Below are positions 1-10,900 of a stretch of DNA of 64,000 nt, in pieces. The stretch's first letter is position 1. The number at the start of each line of letters is the position of its first letter. The notes beneath the pieces are model-generated. The model was given only the letters and a program-made list of their open reading frames with translations, searched no databases and was not told where the DNA came from. Source of the DNA: Actinomycetota bacterium (GTDB taxonomy: Bacteria > Actinomycetota > Acidimicrobiia > Acidimicrobiales > Ilumatobacteraceae); contig CAUJET010000134.1 in NCBI GenBank assembly GCA_963169665.1, forward strand, positions 7,804 to 71,803. The letters are read 5' to 3'. Position numbers and translations under genes: made by a program.

Positions 1-94
1 CGGCATCGAACAACCCGGCGATGCGCTCGGAGTCGTGTTCGTTCATCTGACACCCGTAGGTGTGCACGACGTAGCTGCGAGGGCTGCTGGTCAC
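1..94 (-). CDS. miaB: tRNA methylthiotransferase MiaB, N-terminal fragment (gene continues past the left edge)
   Basis: Too short for the ORF track. Reverse-strand translation from GTG at 92-94 gives [31 protein letters not shown]. TYGCQMNxxDSE is the conserved N-terminal Cys motif of MiaB-type radical-SAM methylthiotransferases. miaB near recA is common actinobacterial synteny. Confidence 0.7.
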   Translation of the reverse strand, partial: MTSSPRSYVVHTYGCQMNEHDSERIAGLFDA

Positions 95-122
95 ATCGGT
101 CAAGGCTACCGAGGGCCGTCGG

Positions 123-557
123 TCAGGTGACGGGCGCTGCCCACTCGGGCGAGAAGGGGTTGTGGGCGATCTCCCACAGGTGACCGTCGGGATCGGCCAC
201 GTATCCGGAGTAGCCACCCCAGGACACGGCCTCGGGACGCTTCGCGACCGTGGCCCCGGCGGCGACGAATGCGGCGAACACCCGGTCGACCCCATCACGC
301 GACGGTTGATTGCTGGCCAGGGTGACACCACGGAACCCGCCCGACGGCGCCGGCTGCAGGGCGTCGTCGGCGAGTTCCGTGGCACCGAACAGACCGAGGA
401 CCACCCACCCTCCGCCCGGGGTGCCCAGGCGGAGGAAGGTGATCGTCGATTGGCTGTCGTCGGAGCGTCGCCAGCCGAGGGCCTCGTAGAAGGCAGTGGA
501 CCGAGCAACGTCGGCCACGCCGAGGGTGACGAGGCTGAGGTGGGCGGTGACGCTCAT
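123..557 (-). CDS. VOC (glyoxalase/bleomycin-resistance/dioxygenase) family protein
   Basis: 144-aa ORF. The N-terminus [23 protein letters not shown] and the C-terminus [17 protein letters not shown] are typical VOC-fold signatures. Confidence 0.8.
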   Translation of the reverse strand: MSVTAHLSLVTLGVADVARSTAFYEALGWRRSDDSQSTITFLRLGTPGGGWVVLGLFGATELADDALQPAPSGGFRGVTLASNQPSRDGVDRVFAAFVAAGATVAKRPEAVSWGGYSGYVADPDGHLWEIAHNPFSPEWAAPVT

Positions 558-584
558 CTGCTCGTCTGCCGTCGTCTCACGAAC

Positions 585-1637
<1,053 letters not shown>

Positions 1638-1829
1638 CGTCTGCTCCGTTCCTGCCTGCTGGGTACTTGCGTGATGGGGTGTCCCGTGAACGGGACGGGG
1701 TCGAACTCGACCCGATGTGGTGATGCTGAGCACCGTACGAAAAGGGTGTGACACGGAGTCGGTGATGCCGCTCGGCGACTCGTGGGCTGTCCGACGGTGA
1801 TGCCGTGACGAACGACATGACTGTAGTTA

Positions 1830-1843
1830 CGAACGGACGTTCG
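1830..1843. promoter_or_regulatory. LexA (SOS/Cheo) box candidate upstream of recA
   Basis: CGAACGGACGTTCG is a perfect match to the Gram-positive/actinobacterial palindrome CGAAC-N4-GTTCG. It lies ~190 nt upstream of the recA start codon. Confidence 0.6.
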
Positions 1844-1860
1844 ATCAAGCATCGAACACG

Positions 1861-1910
1861 GAATTTCCCGCGAATCCAGGCGAATCCAGGCAAATCCCCG
1901 CGAATTCCGA
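1861..1910. repeat. Five degenerate tandem 10-bp units in the recA/echA divergent intergenic region
   Basis: gaatttcccg cgaatccagg cgaatccagg caaatccccg cgaattccga. The units are contiguous with a 10-bp period. Confidence 0.7.
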
Positions 1911-1968
1911 CGGACCCGGTCCGTTCGCCCGCCGCCGCCGATCCTCGCGATGACTAGGGTCCGCGTCC

Positions 1969-2748
1969 ATGACCAGCACATCGCAGGCACCCTCGTTCGA
2001 CACGATCACCGTCACGGCCGACGGCGCACGCGGATCGCTCGTGCTCGACCGGCCCGACAAGCTCAACCCGCTCAGCACCCACACCCTCCGCGAGATCGAG
2101 CTGGCCGCACGTTGGTTCGACGACCAGCTCGACCTGAAGGTCGTCGTCGTGAGCGGGGCCGGCCGGGCGTTCTCGGCCGGGGCCGACCTGTCGTCGTTCA
2201 CCGGGCCGGGCGTCCCCGAGGACCGCCAGCAGGGGTGGCGCATGGGACGGGCGCTCGACGAGATGCGCGCCGTCACCGTCGCCCGGCTGCACGGCTGGTG
2301 CGTCGGCGGCGGCCTCATCGTCGCCGCGGGCTGCGACCTCCGGATCGCTGGTCGGTCGGCCCGCTTCTCGATCCCCGAGGTCGACCTCGGCATCCCGCTG
2401 GCCTGGGGCGGCATCCCCCGACTCGTCCGCGAGATCGGCCCGGCGCTCACCAAGGAGCTGGTGATGACGTGCCGGCCGTTCGACGCCGAGGAGGCACTTC
2501 GCAGCGGCTTCCTCAACCGGGTCGTCGCCGACGAGCAGCTCGACGACGAGGTCGAGTCCCTGGTGCAGACCCTGCTCGCCAAGCCCAAGCTCGCCCTGCT
2601 CGAGACCAAGGCGCACGTGAATGCGGTGACCGAGTCGATGGTGGGCACCGGACGCAGCTGGGCCGATGCCGACGGGCTGTTCGCCGGCCTGCGCGACGCC
2701 GAAGGACAGGCGTCGGCCCGGGCCTACGTCGAGCGCTTGCGACGCTGA
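1969..2748 (+). CDS. Enoyl-CoA hydratase/isomerase (crotonase) family protein
   Basis: 259 aa. LVLDRPDKLNPL ... VVVVSGAGRAFSAGADL is the crotonase oxyanion-hole region. Confidence 0.9.
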   Translation: MTSTSQAPSFDTITVTADGARGSLVLDRPDKLNPLSTHTLREIELAARWFDDQLDLKVVVVSGAGRAFSAGADLSSFTGPGVPEDRQQGWRMGRALDEMRAVTVARLHGWCVGGGLIVAAGCDLRIAGRSARFSIPEVDLGIPLAWGGIPRLVREIGPALTKELVMTCRPFDAEEALRSGFLNRVVADEQLDDEVESLVQTLLAKPKLALLETKAHVNAVTESMVGTGRSWADADGLFAGLRDAEGQASARAYVERLRR

Positions 2749-3203
2749 GCCGAGCGGGGCAACGGCACGCCGGCCGCCGCATCGCCCGACGCGACGGCCG
2801 CTGCGGCGTCGTCGAGTTCGGCGCGTTCGGGCGGGTGCACCGCCAGATCGAAGGCCAGCCACATGGTGTACGTGAACGGGTAGATCAGCACCGGGACGAC
2901 CAAGGCGACCACGAACAACGACAGCACGAACGGCAGCACCGGGATGTCGGGGGCCGTCACGACGAACCCGACGGCCATCGCCGTCGCGAGCGCGCCGAAG
3001 GTGACGATGGTGTTCACGGTCACGGTGCCGAGCTCGAACCCCTCCTCACGGTGCCAGGCGATGCCGCAGGTGCGGCAGCGGTCGTACCGTTTGAACCAGC
3101 CGCGCACGAAGGTGCGCCGGGAACCGCACCACGGACACTTCAGCAGCATCGCCCGTCCCGACATGCGGGTGAACCTCTGCTGTGTGGCGGCCATCGGTGT
3201 CAC
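2724..3203 (-). CDS. Zinc-ribbon membrane protein, DUF983-like
   Basis: CPWCG...CRTCG zinc ribbon followed by two hydrophobic helices (TVNTIVTFGALATAMAVGFVV, LPFVLSLFVVALVVPVLIYPF). Its 3' end overlaps the convergent crotonase gene by 25 nt. The family name is from memory. Confidence 0.55.
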   Translation of the reverse strand: MTPMAATQQRFTRMSGRAMLLKCPWCGSRRTFVRGWFKRYDRCRTCGIAWHREEGFELGTVTVNTIVTFGALATAMAVGFVVTAPDIPVLPFVLSLFVVALVVPVLIYPFTYTMWLAFDLAVHPPERAELDDAAAAVASGDAAAGVPLPRSAQRRKRST

Positions 3204-3312
3204 CCTACGACCGCTCCTCCACCCGACCCAAGCGTCGAGACGGTGCAGCGACGTGCCGTCCGGCTCACCTCATGATGCCCGGCGCGGGTCGCGTGCGCGC
3301 GTCTGAGGGTGG

Positions 3313-4149
3313 ATGGGTCACAATGGGTCCGTGCGTCGCTCATTCGCCGGTCTCCTCTTCGGTGTCGCCTTCGCGTTCGCGTGCCTGGCGATCAGCGGCT
3401 TCCTCCTCCACCGCACTGCGTTCTCGCCGAGCCGCACCGGCGGCGAGGCGGCATCGATCCTCCAGGACGAGGAGGTGCAGCGCGAGGCGATCGCCGCCGT
3501 CGCCGACGCGACCGCCGACCAGATGTACCCCGGCGACCCGACCGGCGCTGCGCTCGTGCGTCAGAACATCACGATCGTGGCGTCGACGCCTGCGGGTGCG
3601 CCGTTGTTCGGGCAGATGCTCGCCGACGCCCACGCCGTGCTGATCGGCGACCTCGCCGGGCCGGTCGTGGTGACGCCCGAGCAACTCGTGCAGATCACGC
3701 GTGACGAGCGCGCCGGCGCGCTGCCGCCGCTGCAGGTGGCGGTGCCCACGATCGGCTCGCTCGAGCTGATCGACGGCATTCTCGGCTGGCTCGTCCCATT
3801 GAGCGGCGTGGCCGCGATCGTCTTCTTCGTGCTGTGCTTCCTGGCGAGGCCCGAGCGCGGCGCGCTGTTCCGCACCCTCGGCATCGGCCTGGTCGCACTG
3901 GCAGCGCTCGCGATCATCTTCAGCTACGTGCTGCCGAAGTTCATCCCGCCGCTGCTCGACGACAGTGCGTGGGCGCGCACGCCGGCGCTGATGGCCGACG
4001 CAGGGCTCGGACTCACCCTCTTCGCAGCGTTCGTGCTCGCCGGCGTCGGTCTCGCGCTGTTCATGGCCTCCACGCGGATGGGCCGGAGCCGCCGGTGGAG
4101 CACCCCGGTGAGCACCTACCGATACCGCGAGGAGCGCAGCTGGAGCTGA
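3313..4149 (+). CDS. Hypothetical integral membrane protein
   Basis: 278 aa with an N-terminal TM helix (FAGLLFGVAFAFACLAISGFLL) and 3-4 C-terminal TM helices. No family recognised. Confidence 0.6.
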   Translation: MGHNGSVRRSFAGLLFGVAFAFACLAISGFLLHRTAFSPSRTGGEAASILQDEEVQREAIAAVADATADQMYPGDPTGAALVRQNITIVASTPAGAPLFGQMLADAHAVLIGDLAGPVVVTPEQLVQITRDERAGALPPLQVAVPTIGSLELIDGILGWLVPLSGVAAIVFFVLCFLARPERGALFRTLGIGLVALAALAIIFSYVLPKFIPPLLDDSAWARTPALMADAGLGLTLFAAFVLAGVGLALFMASTRMGRSRRWSTPVSTYRYREERSWS

Positions 4150-4165
4150 CGCCCCCGGTCGCCGG

Positions 4166-5539
4166 TCAGGCGATGAGCTCGTCCACGAACTCCTGGAACA
4201 CCGACTCGTAGCGCATCGCGTCGTGCTCGCTGTGCAGCGCGGAGATGAGCCACTGCTCGTCGAGGCCCGGCGGCAGGAGGATGCCGCGGTTGATGCCGTG
4301 CATCCACTGGGCGAACGCGAGGTCGAAGTCGGTGGCCTTGTAGTCGCGGTAGTTCTTGATCGGCTCCTCCGACCATGTCACACACCCCTTCGCGCCGAAC
4401 TGCACCGTGTGCGCCGGCAGGCCGGCGGCGTCGATGGTGCCCTGACACGCGGCCACGAGCTTGCTGTTGAGCGCGTTGATCGACTGATGCACCTCGGGCG
4501 TGCAGATGTCCTGCAGCACTGCCTTGGCGGCTGCCATGCACAGCGGGTTGCCGTTGTAGGTACCGAGGTGGAGCACCTTGCCGCTGGTGATCTGGTCCAT
4601 GCACTCCTGGGTGCCGCCGAACGCGCCGAGCGGGAGGCCGCCGCCGATGCTCTTGGCGAGGCACACCAGGTCGGGCTGCACGCCGAGTACGCCGGTGGCA
4701 CCGCTCCAGCCGGCGGTGATGCCTGTCTTGACCTCGTCGAAGATCAACATGGTGCCGTACTTGCGGGTGATCTCGCGGACCGCCTCGAGATAGCCGGGCT
4801 GCGGCATGCAGATGCCGATGTTCTCCATCACCGGCTCGACGATGAACGCTGCCACCTCGCCGCTGCGCAGGACGCGCTCGAGCGCTTCGGGATCGTTGTA
4901 CGGGATGACGAGGGTGTCGGCCAGCACCGCGGCGGTGATGCCGGCCGTGGCAGGGATGGGCGTGGGGTTGTCGGCCGGACCGGCGAGCTCGACCTTTGGC
5001 TTCATCGAGATCATGACCTCGTCGTGGTGACCGTGGTAGCCGCCTTCGACCTTCACGAGCTTCTCGCGACCGGTGATGCCGCGGGCGACGCGAATGGCGT
5101 CCATGGTGGCCTCGGTGCCCGAGTTCGTGAAGCGCCACATCGGCAGGCCGTAGCGCGCGGCGAGCAGCTCGGCCACGTCGGCGTTGGTCTCGCACGGCGT
5201 GACGAACAAGGTGCCGTTGTCGAGTTGGCGCTCGACCGCCTGGCGCACCAGCGGATGGCAGTGTCCGGCGAAGAGGGCGCCGTAGCCCATGTCGTAGTCG
5301 ACGTAGCGGTTGCCGTCGACGTCTTCCATCCAGGCGTCCTGGGCGCGGCTCACGACGATCGGGTGCGGGTCGTAGGCCTGGAAGCTCGAGGGCACGCCGA
5401 GCGGCAGCACCTTGCGGGCCCGCTCGGTCGCACGCTGGGAGCCGGCGGTTCGCTGCATGTACACCTGCAGTTCGCGGGCGGTGATCTGCCGAGCTCGGGC
5501 GACCAGTTCGTCGTGGCGGATGGATTCCGTTGCACTCAT
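4166..5539 (-). CDS. Class-III PLP aminotransferase (glutamate-1-semialdehyde aminomutase-like family)
   Basis: Track ORF trimmed to the ATG at 5537-5539 (MSATES...). Motifs NSGTEATMDAIRVARG and IFDEVKTGITAG (PLP lysine) are present. Confidence 0.9.
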   Translation of the reverse strand: MSATESIRHDELVARARQITARELQVYMQRTAGSQRATERARKVLPLGVPSSFQAYDPHPIVVSRAQDAWMEDVDGNRYVDYDMGYGALFAGHCHPLVRQAVERQLDNGTLFVTPCETNADVAELLAARYGLPMWRFTNSGTEATMDAIRVARGITGREKLVKVEGGYHGHHDEVMISMKPKVELAGPADNPTPIPATAGITAAVLADTLVIPYNDPEALERVLRSGEVAAFIVEPVMENIGICMPQPGYLEAVREITRKYGTMLIFDEVKTGITAGWSGATGVLGVQPDLVCLAKSIGGGLPLGAFGGTQECMDQITSGKVLHLGTYNGNPLCMAAAKAVLQDICTPEVHQSINALNSKLVAACQGTIDAAGLPAHTVQFGAKGCVTWSEEPIKNYRDYKATDFDLAFAQWMHGINRGILLPPGLDEQWLISALHSEHDAMRYESVFQEFVDELIA

Positions 5540-5835
5540 GTTGGTTCCTTTTCGGATCACGTTCTCGCAAGCCTAGCGCACCACGGAATCCGTCGTGAAC
5601 GGCGCCGATGGCAACGCTTCGCATCCATGCGGCCGAGCGGCGGGTGACGCCGCTGCGCGCGCACCCTGACGGAACGTGGACGCGGCGACCCTCCGTGCGC
5701 ACCTGGGCACCGGGGGCGCTCGGGCACGACGCCGGGCCGAACGGGTCGTCGGCGGGTGTGGCATCGGGCCTGGAACGGGCCACGGAACCGTTGGTGGAAG
5801 TCCGCATCGCGTCTGGCAGAATGTGGACCCTTCAT

Positions 5836-5909
<74 letters not shown>

Positions 5910-5996
5910 CTGGGCTCTCGGGCCCCATGTTGTCGGCCGGTGGTGTGGATCCCTACACTGCCGGACCGCCACACCTGCGGTAACTCGCAGCAACTC

Positions 5997-6071
5997 GCCC
6001 CTCTAGCTCAATGGCAGAGCAACGGACTCTTAATCCGCAGGTTCTCGGTTCGAGTCCGAGGGGGGGCACCA
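5997..6071 (+). tRNA. tRNA-Lys (anticodon CTT); integration target of the downstream element
   Basis: GCCCCTC acceptor, AGCTCAATGGCAGAGC D arm, anticodon loop CTCTTAA, T arm CTCGGTTCGAGTCCGAG, encoded CCA. The 3' 47 nt are duplicated at 14364-14412. Confidence 0.92.
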
Positions 6072-6073
6072 CG
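6025..6073 (+). repeat. attL core (3' half of tRNA-Lys)
   Basis: gactcttaatccgcaggttctcggttcgagtccgagggggggcaccacg, identical to 14364-14412. Confidence 0.9.
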
Positions 6074-6122
6074 CAGTACCTGGTCAGAGCCACTTTCTGA
6101 GACCAGAGTTCCTCCCCCGCTA

Positions 6123-6150
6123 CAGTCCGTGCCGCGAATCTGCCGCGAAA
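6123..6150 (+). promoter_or_regulatory. Candidate arm-type recombinase sites (2 x TGCCGCGAA) inside the left end
   Basis: cagtccgTGCCGCGAAtcTGCCGCGAAa, 13 nt upstream of the int start. A near-identical copy sits at 14232-14260 inside the right end. Confidence 0.45.
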
Positions 6151-6163
6151 GGGTGGGTCGAAC

Positions 6164-7306
6164 ATGGGGACGATGCGTGAGCGGGCGCAGGGCACGTGGG
6201 AGTTGAGCGTGGCCGCGGGACGAGATCCGGACACCGGGGCATACCGCCGCGTGATCCGAACCGTGAAGGGCGTGACGAAGCGCGAGGCCAAGGCAGCGCT
6301 CGCGGAGCTCGAAGTGGCGGTCGCCGCCGGCCGTGTGGGCGCCGACGATCCGACGCTCGCCGAGTTGCTCGAGCGGTGGATGGAACACCTCGCCGGTCTG
6401 GGCCGGTCGGACTCGACGCTGTACAACTACCGCAAGTACATCGACCGGGAGATCGTGCCGGCGCTCGGCTCGAACCGGCTGTCGAAGCTCTCCCCGCTCG
6501 ACATCGACCGCTTCTACACAAAGCTCCGCAAGCGGGGCCTGTCGTCATCGACGATCAGGCAGATGCACGCCATCCTGCGGGCCTCGCTGAACCAAGCCGA
6601 GCGTTGGGGGTTGGTGCACCGCAACGTCGCCAAGCTCGCCTCGGCGCCGTCACAGGAGCAGCGTGAGCAGCTTCCGCCGGAACCGGCGATGGTGCGAGCC
6701 CTGCTGGTCGCCGCCCGCGAGTTCGATCCGTTGTTCGGTCTCTACGTGCGGATCGCCGTGGCGATCGGTGCGCGTCGGGCCGAGGTATGCGGACTCCGAT
6801 GGAGCGACATCGACCTCGAGGCCGGCTCGTTGTCCGTTCAGCGGAGCTACCTGGCCATCCCGGGGGCGAAGGGCGACCGGCCGACCAAGACGCGATCGGC
6901 TCGCACCGTGTCGCTCGATCCGGTCACGATCGCCGCGCTCGAGGCCGGCTGGTCGACTGCCGTCCGGATCGCCGAGCTCGTCGGGATGACCGAAGCAGAA
7001 CGCCGCCAGCTCTATGTGTTCAGCACCGACCCGCTCGGGCGGAACGCGTGGCGGCCCGATGTCGCCAGCGCCAAGTGGGAGGTCGCCCGCTCCCGGGTGC
7101 CCGGCGGCGAGAGCGTTCGACTGCACGACCTCCGCCACTTCCAAGCGACGCAGCTCCTCGATGCGGGGGTGCCGGTGCCCACGGTTGCCGCTCGACTGGG
7201 CCACGCCGACGGCACGACGACGATGAAGATCTACGCCCACCGAACGCGTCGGGCCGACGAGCACGCAGCTCGCGTCGTGGCCGATTTCCTCGCCGAACCC
7301 GACTGA
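6164..7306 (+). CDS. int: Tyrosine-type site-specific integrase
   Basis: 380 aa. N-terminal SAM-like/arm-binding region; catalytic box ARRAEVCGLRWSDIDL ... HDLRHFQATQLLDAGVPVPTVAARLGHADGTTTMKIYAH (R..HxxR..Y). Confidence 0.93.
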   Translation: MGTMRERAQGTWELSVAAGRDPDTGAYRRVIRTVKGVTKREAKAALAELEVAVAAGRVGADDPTLAELLERWMEHLAGLGRSDSTLYNYRKYIDREIVPALGSNRLSKLSPLDIDRFYTKLRKRGLSSSTIRQMHAILRASLNQAERWGLVHRNVAKLASAPSQEQREQLPPEPAMVRALLVAAREFDPLFGLYVRIAVAIGARRAEVCGLRWSDIDLEAGSLSVQRSYLAIPGAKGDRPTKTRSARTVSLDPVTIAALEAGWSTAVRIAELVGMTEAERRQLYVFSTDPLGRNAWRPDVASAKWEVARSRVPGGESVRLHDLRHFQATQLLDAGVPVPTVAARLGHADGTTTMKIYAHRTRRADEHAARVVADFLAEPD

Positions 7307-7443
7307 CCGCGGTCGAGGCCGAGGAGGCCGGAATGTGGCGTACCGCGGCGGCACGCGCACGACCCGCGGCATTTCCGTGACGGTTGCGTTTCGATCGGCT
7401 CGAGTTTTCAACGCGGGCCGGTCTCGTTGTCCAGTTGTTCTAG

Positions 7444-7842
7444 GTGAAGGTATTTCTGAGCACTGCGTCGGTGACCGCCGACGCTCCGACGCTGCCCGAC
7501 TTCCTGAGCGTGAGCGAGGCGGCCCGGGTGCTGCGGGTGAGCCGCAACTCGGCGTACAAGTTGGCGAATCTGTTCATCGATTCCGACGGCGCCGAGGGCA
7601 TCCCCGCCGTTCGGTTCGGCCGGTCGATCCGGATCCCGCGAGTCGCGATCGAGGCGATCCTCGGTGGCCGCGTGTCGCTTCCCGAGTTCGACGAACGCAA
7701 AGCCTCGCTGGAGCACGCGACGCCAGTCAGGCGTTCCCGACGCAGGCGCACGACCCGCCCTCGATCAGGCGGGAACCCGTCACCCGCGGCTGATACGTCA
7801 CAGACCGTGTTCACGCAGCAGTCGCTGCCGTTCGAGGACTGA
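7444..7842 (+). CDS. xis: Excisionase-like helix-turn-helix DNA-binding protein (MerR/Xis HTH_17 type)
   Basis: GTG start. FLSVSEAARVLRVSRNSAYKLANL...IPAVRFGRSIRIPRVAIEAIL is the typical excisionase-family HTH. It has a basic, Arg-rich tail and lies between int and the relaxase gene. Confidence 0.7.
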   Translation: MKVFLSTASVTADAPTLPDFLSVSEAARVLRVSRNSAYKLANLFIDSDGAEGIPAVRFGRSIRIPRVAIEAILGGRVSLPEFDERKASLEHATPVRRSRRRRTTRPRSGGNPSPAADTSQTVFTQQSLPFED

Positions 7843-7924
7843 TCGCGTTGAACCCCATCCCGACTCATCCTCCCTGTTGCTCACTTCTGGACAGACAGGT
7901 GCCCGTTTCGGGCGGTGATGTGTC

Positions 7925-10900
7925 GTGATGCGTGTGACCACGTTGTATGCGTCGTCGGCCGCCTCGTCGGCTGCGTACTACACGAAGTACCTCACCGCCG
8001 CCCCGGGAGAGGCTCCTGGAGTGTGGATGGGCGCCCAGGCCGACGGGCTCGGCCTCGTCGGGGCGGTGAAAGGCGAGCAGTTGCAGGCGCTCCTCGCCGG
8101 CCTCGACCCCGTATCGGGACGGAGCCTCGGCCGGGCGCTGACGGATCGGACGACGAGCGATGGTCGGGTGGTGAAGGCGGTGGCGGGGTTCGACGCGACG
8201 GTGTCGGCTCCGAAGTCGTTGTCGGTGCTGTGGGCACTCACGGGAGACGACCGTCTGCTGGAGTGCCACGACGTCGCGGTCCGGGCGGTGGTGGATGCGT
8301 TCGAGCGGTGGGCCGCGACCACTCGGCTTCGCTCGGGCGGTGGTCGTCTGCATCTGGACACTCACGGTCTGTCGGTGGCGGGGTTCCGGCAGACGACGTC
8401 GCGGTTGGATGACCCGCAGATCCACACGCATCTCGTGGTGTCGGCGAAGGTGCAGACGGAGAATGGGCGGTGGATGGCGTTGGACGCGCGTGTGTTGAAG
8501 CAGCACCAACGAACCTTCGGTGGCCTGTATCAGTCGGTGCTCCGCTCGGAGGTCACGGCGAAGTTTGGGGTCGGGTGGGAGGCGATCGTGAACGGCCAGG
8601 CCGAGATCGCCGGTCTCGACCCGGAACTGCTCGCCGCGTTCTCCAAGCGTGCCGCCCAGGTGGATGCCGAAACGGATGCAAGGGTGGAGGAGTTCGAAGC
8701 ACGGGAGGGGCGGGCGCCGTCGCGGTTCGAGCGGGCGGCGATCGAGCGTGAGGCTTCTGCGGACACGCGAGTGAAGAAGACCGGCACCGCTGCCGCAGAG
8801 TTGCGGGCCGCGTGGCGCAAGGAAGCCACCGATCTCGGCCACACCCCGCGCTCGGTGATCGACGCCGTGAACACCGCCGGACGCGCACAAGCAGAGCCGG
8901 CCAAGACCACGGTCGCCGAGATCCTCACAGCGCTGTCGGATCGCAAGAGCGTGTGGCACGACCTCGACGTGCTGCGCGAGATCACCGACCGGTTCCAACC
9001 GCGACGAGGGATCTCGGGCGAGCGATGGTCGGGTGTGTTGGATCGTGCCCTCGACACGGTGCTCGAGCAGTGCATCGGCCTCGACCCCGACCAACCCGAC
9101 AGCGAAGCCGGTCGCGGGTCGGATGGGCGGTCGGTGTGGATCGAACCGGTCGCGCCACGGTGGTCGTCGCAGCAGGTGATCGATCAGGAACTCGACCTGC
9201 TCGCCTGGACGTTGAGCGCCCAAGGTCTCGAGCCGTCACCGTCGCAGTCGATCGAACGCGGCCACCTCGACGTGCTCCAGGCCGCAGCCGCAGCGGAGGT
9301 GGCGGGTGCGGATCGGTTGGTCGTGATCATCGGCCCCGCCGGCGCCGGCAAGACCAGCATGCTCACCGCAGCGATCGACGACCTCCGGCAACACGACCGA
9401 TCTGTCTTCGGCGTCGCTCCGACCGCCAAGGCGGCCCGTGTCCTCGAAGACGAGACAGGGATGCGTGCGGACACGCTCGCGAAGTTGTTGCACGAGTACG
9501 CCCGTGAGGGCGGTCCGCGACCCGAGTGGCGGTTGCGGCGCGGGACAACGGTGATCGTCGACGAGGCCGGCATGGTCTCGACACCGGATCTGTGGCGGCT
9601 CACGGACCTCGCTCAGCGCTTGGATCTGCGGGTGGTGTTGGTCGGTGACCCACACCAACTTCAGGCCGTCGCTCGCGGCGGGATGTTCCCCGAACTGGCC
9701 GCGACGGCGACGCGGAGGGTCGAGCTGGAACACGTCCATCGGTTCACCGAACCGTGGGAAGCCGCAGCGTCACTCCGGCTGCGCCGGGGTGACCCGTCCG
9801 TGCTGTCGGAGTACCTGTGGCACGGACGAGTCGAACACGGGAACATTGACGACCACCTCCGAACGATCGGGCGGCAGTGGGCCGAGGCGCAGTCGGCGGG
9901 GCGGTCGTTGGCGATCACGACCACCACCAACGAACACGCCACCCTCATCAACCACCACATCCAGAACACCCGGCTCAAGACCGGCGCGGTCACGGGCGGG
10001 CCGGTCGCTGCGGCCGACGGCGACATCTACATCGGCGATGTGGTGATGACCCGCCGCAACGACCGCACCCTCACCACCACCGCAGGTGACAGCGTCCGCA
10101 ACCGCGACCGCTGGACCATCACCGCCACCCACGACGACGGATCGATCACCGCCCACTCACACACCAGCGAGGCGACGGTGACGCTGCCGGCCGAGTATGT
10201 GCGCGAGTTCGTTCAGCTCGCCTACGCGACCACCGAGCACGGCAACCAAGGCATCACCACCGACCAATCGATCACCCTCGTCACCGGCACCACCACAGGA
10301 CGAGGTCTCTACGTTGGCGCGACCCGCGGACGCGACGACAACCAACTCTTCGTCGTCACCGACCAGCACTCCGAGCGGGAAGCCATGGACCTGCTCGGAC
10401 GGGTCCTCGCCACCGACCGGGCCGACACCCCAGCGGTCACCCATCGGCGACACCTCGCCGAACGCCAACTCGCACCGGCACCCGGGCCGCGTCGTCGAGC
10501 GGTCGAGCCCGCCTGGCTGAACGAGTGGCAGAACGATGTGCGCGACCGTGTCCCGATGATCGGCGGGCTCCTCGCCTCGATGACCGAGGAACGCCCCGCC
10601 CTCGAGCAGTCCGTCGCCCAAGCACGACAGAGCTACGACCGGGCCCGGGCACTCCCCGCACCCGACCAGCACGACCTGTCCCGAGCCCGTCGTGAGGCGA
10701 ACATCGACGACGCCGCCGCCCGCACCGCCCGCTACCGGGCGGGCAACGCCACCTGGCGAACACGCCGCCCGCTCGAGCGTGCCGCGACCGCAGCGACCGA
10801 ACGGGCAACCCTGAGCGCCGGTCGCGTCGACGAACTCGAAGCGATCTACCGGCCCGTGGCCGAACAGCGGGAGGCAACGCGTCGCGAACTGGCCGGCGCT

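Noticed and set aside
1861-1910. Shared CCGCGAAT core between the recA-upstream repeats and the element's TGCCGCGAA arm-type repeats (6123-6150 and 14232-14260), suggesting a secondary integrase site
   Set aside because: Only 7-8 nt are shared. This is expected by chance for CG-rich octamers in this genome, and the flanking context and spacing differ.
1950-3275. 441-aa plus-strand ORF spanning the crotonase gene and the DUF983-like gene
   Set aside because: It is out of frame with the crotonase gene, which has clear motifs, and antisense to the zinc-ribbon membrane protein. The composition is extreme in Arg, Pro and Gly.
4116-5807. 563-aa and 474-aa ORFs overlapping the aminotransferase gene
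   Set aside because: The aminotransferase frame carries the PLP-lysine motif and has a family-typical length. The others are GC-bias artefacts.
7865-9223. 452-aa minus-strand ORF inside the relaxase gene
   Set aside because: It is antisense to the relaxase N-terminal domain, which has conserved relaxase motifs. The translation is Arg/Pro/His-rich noise.
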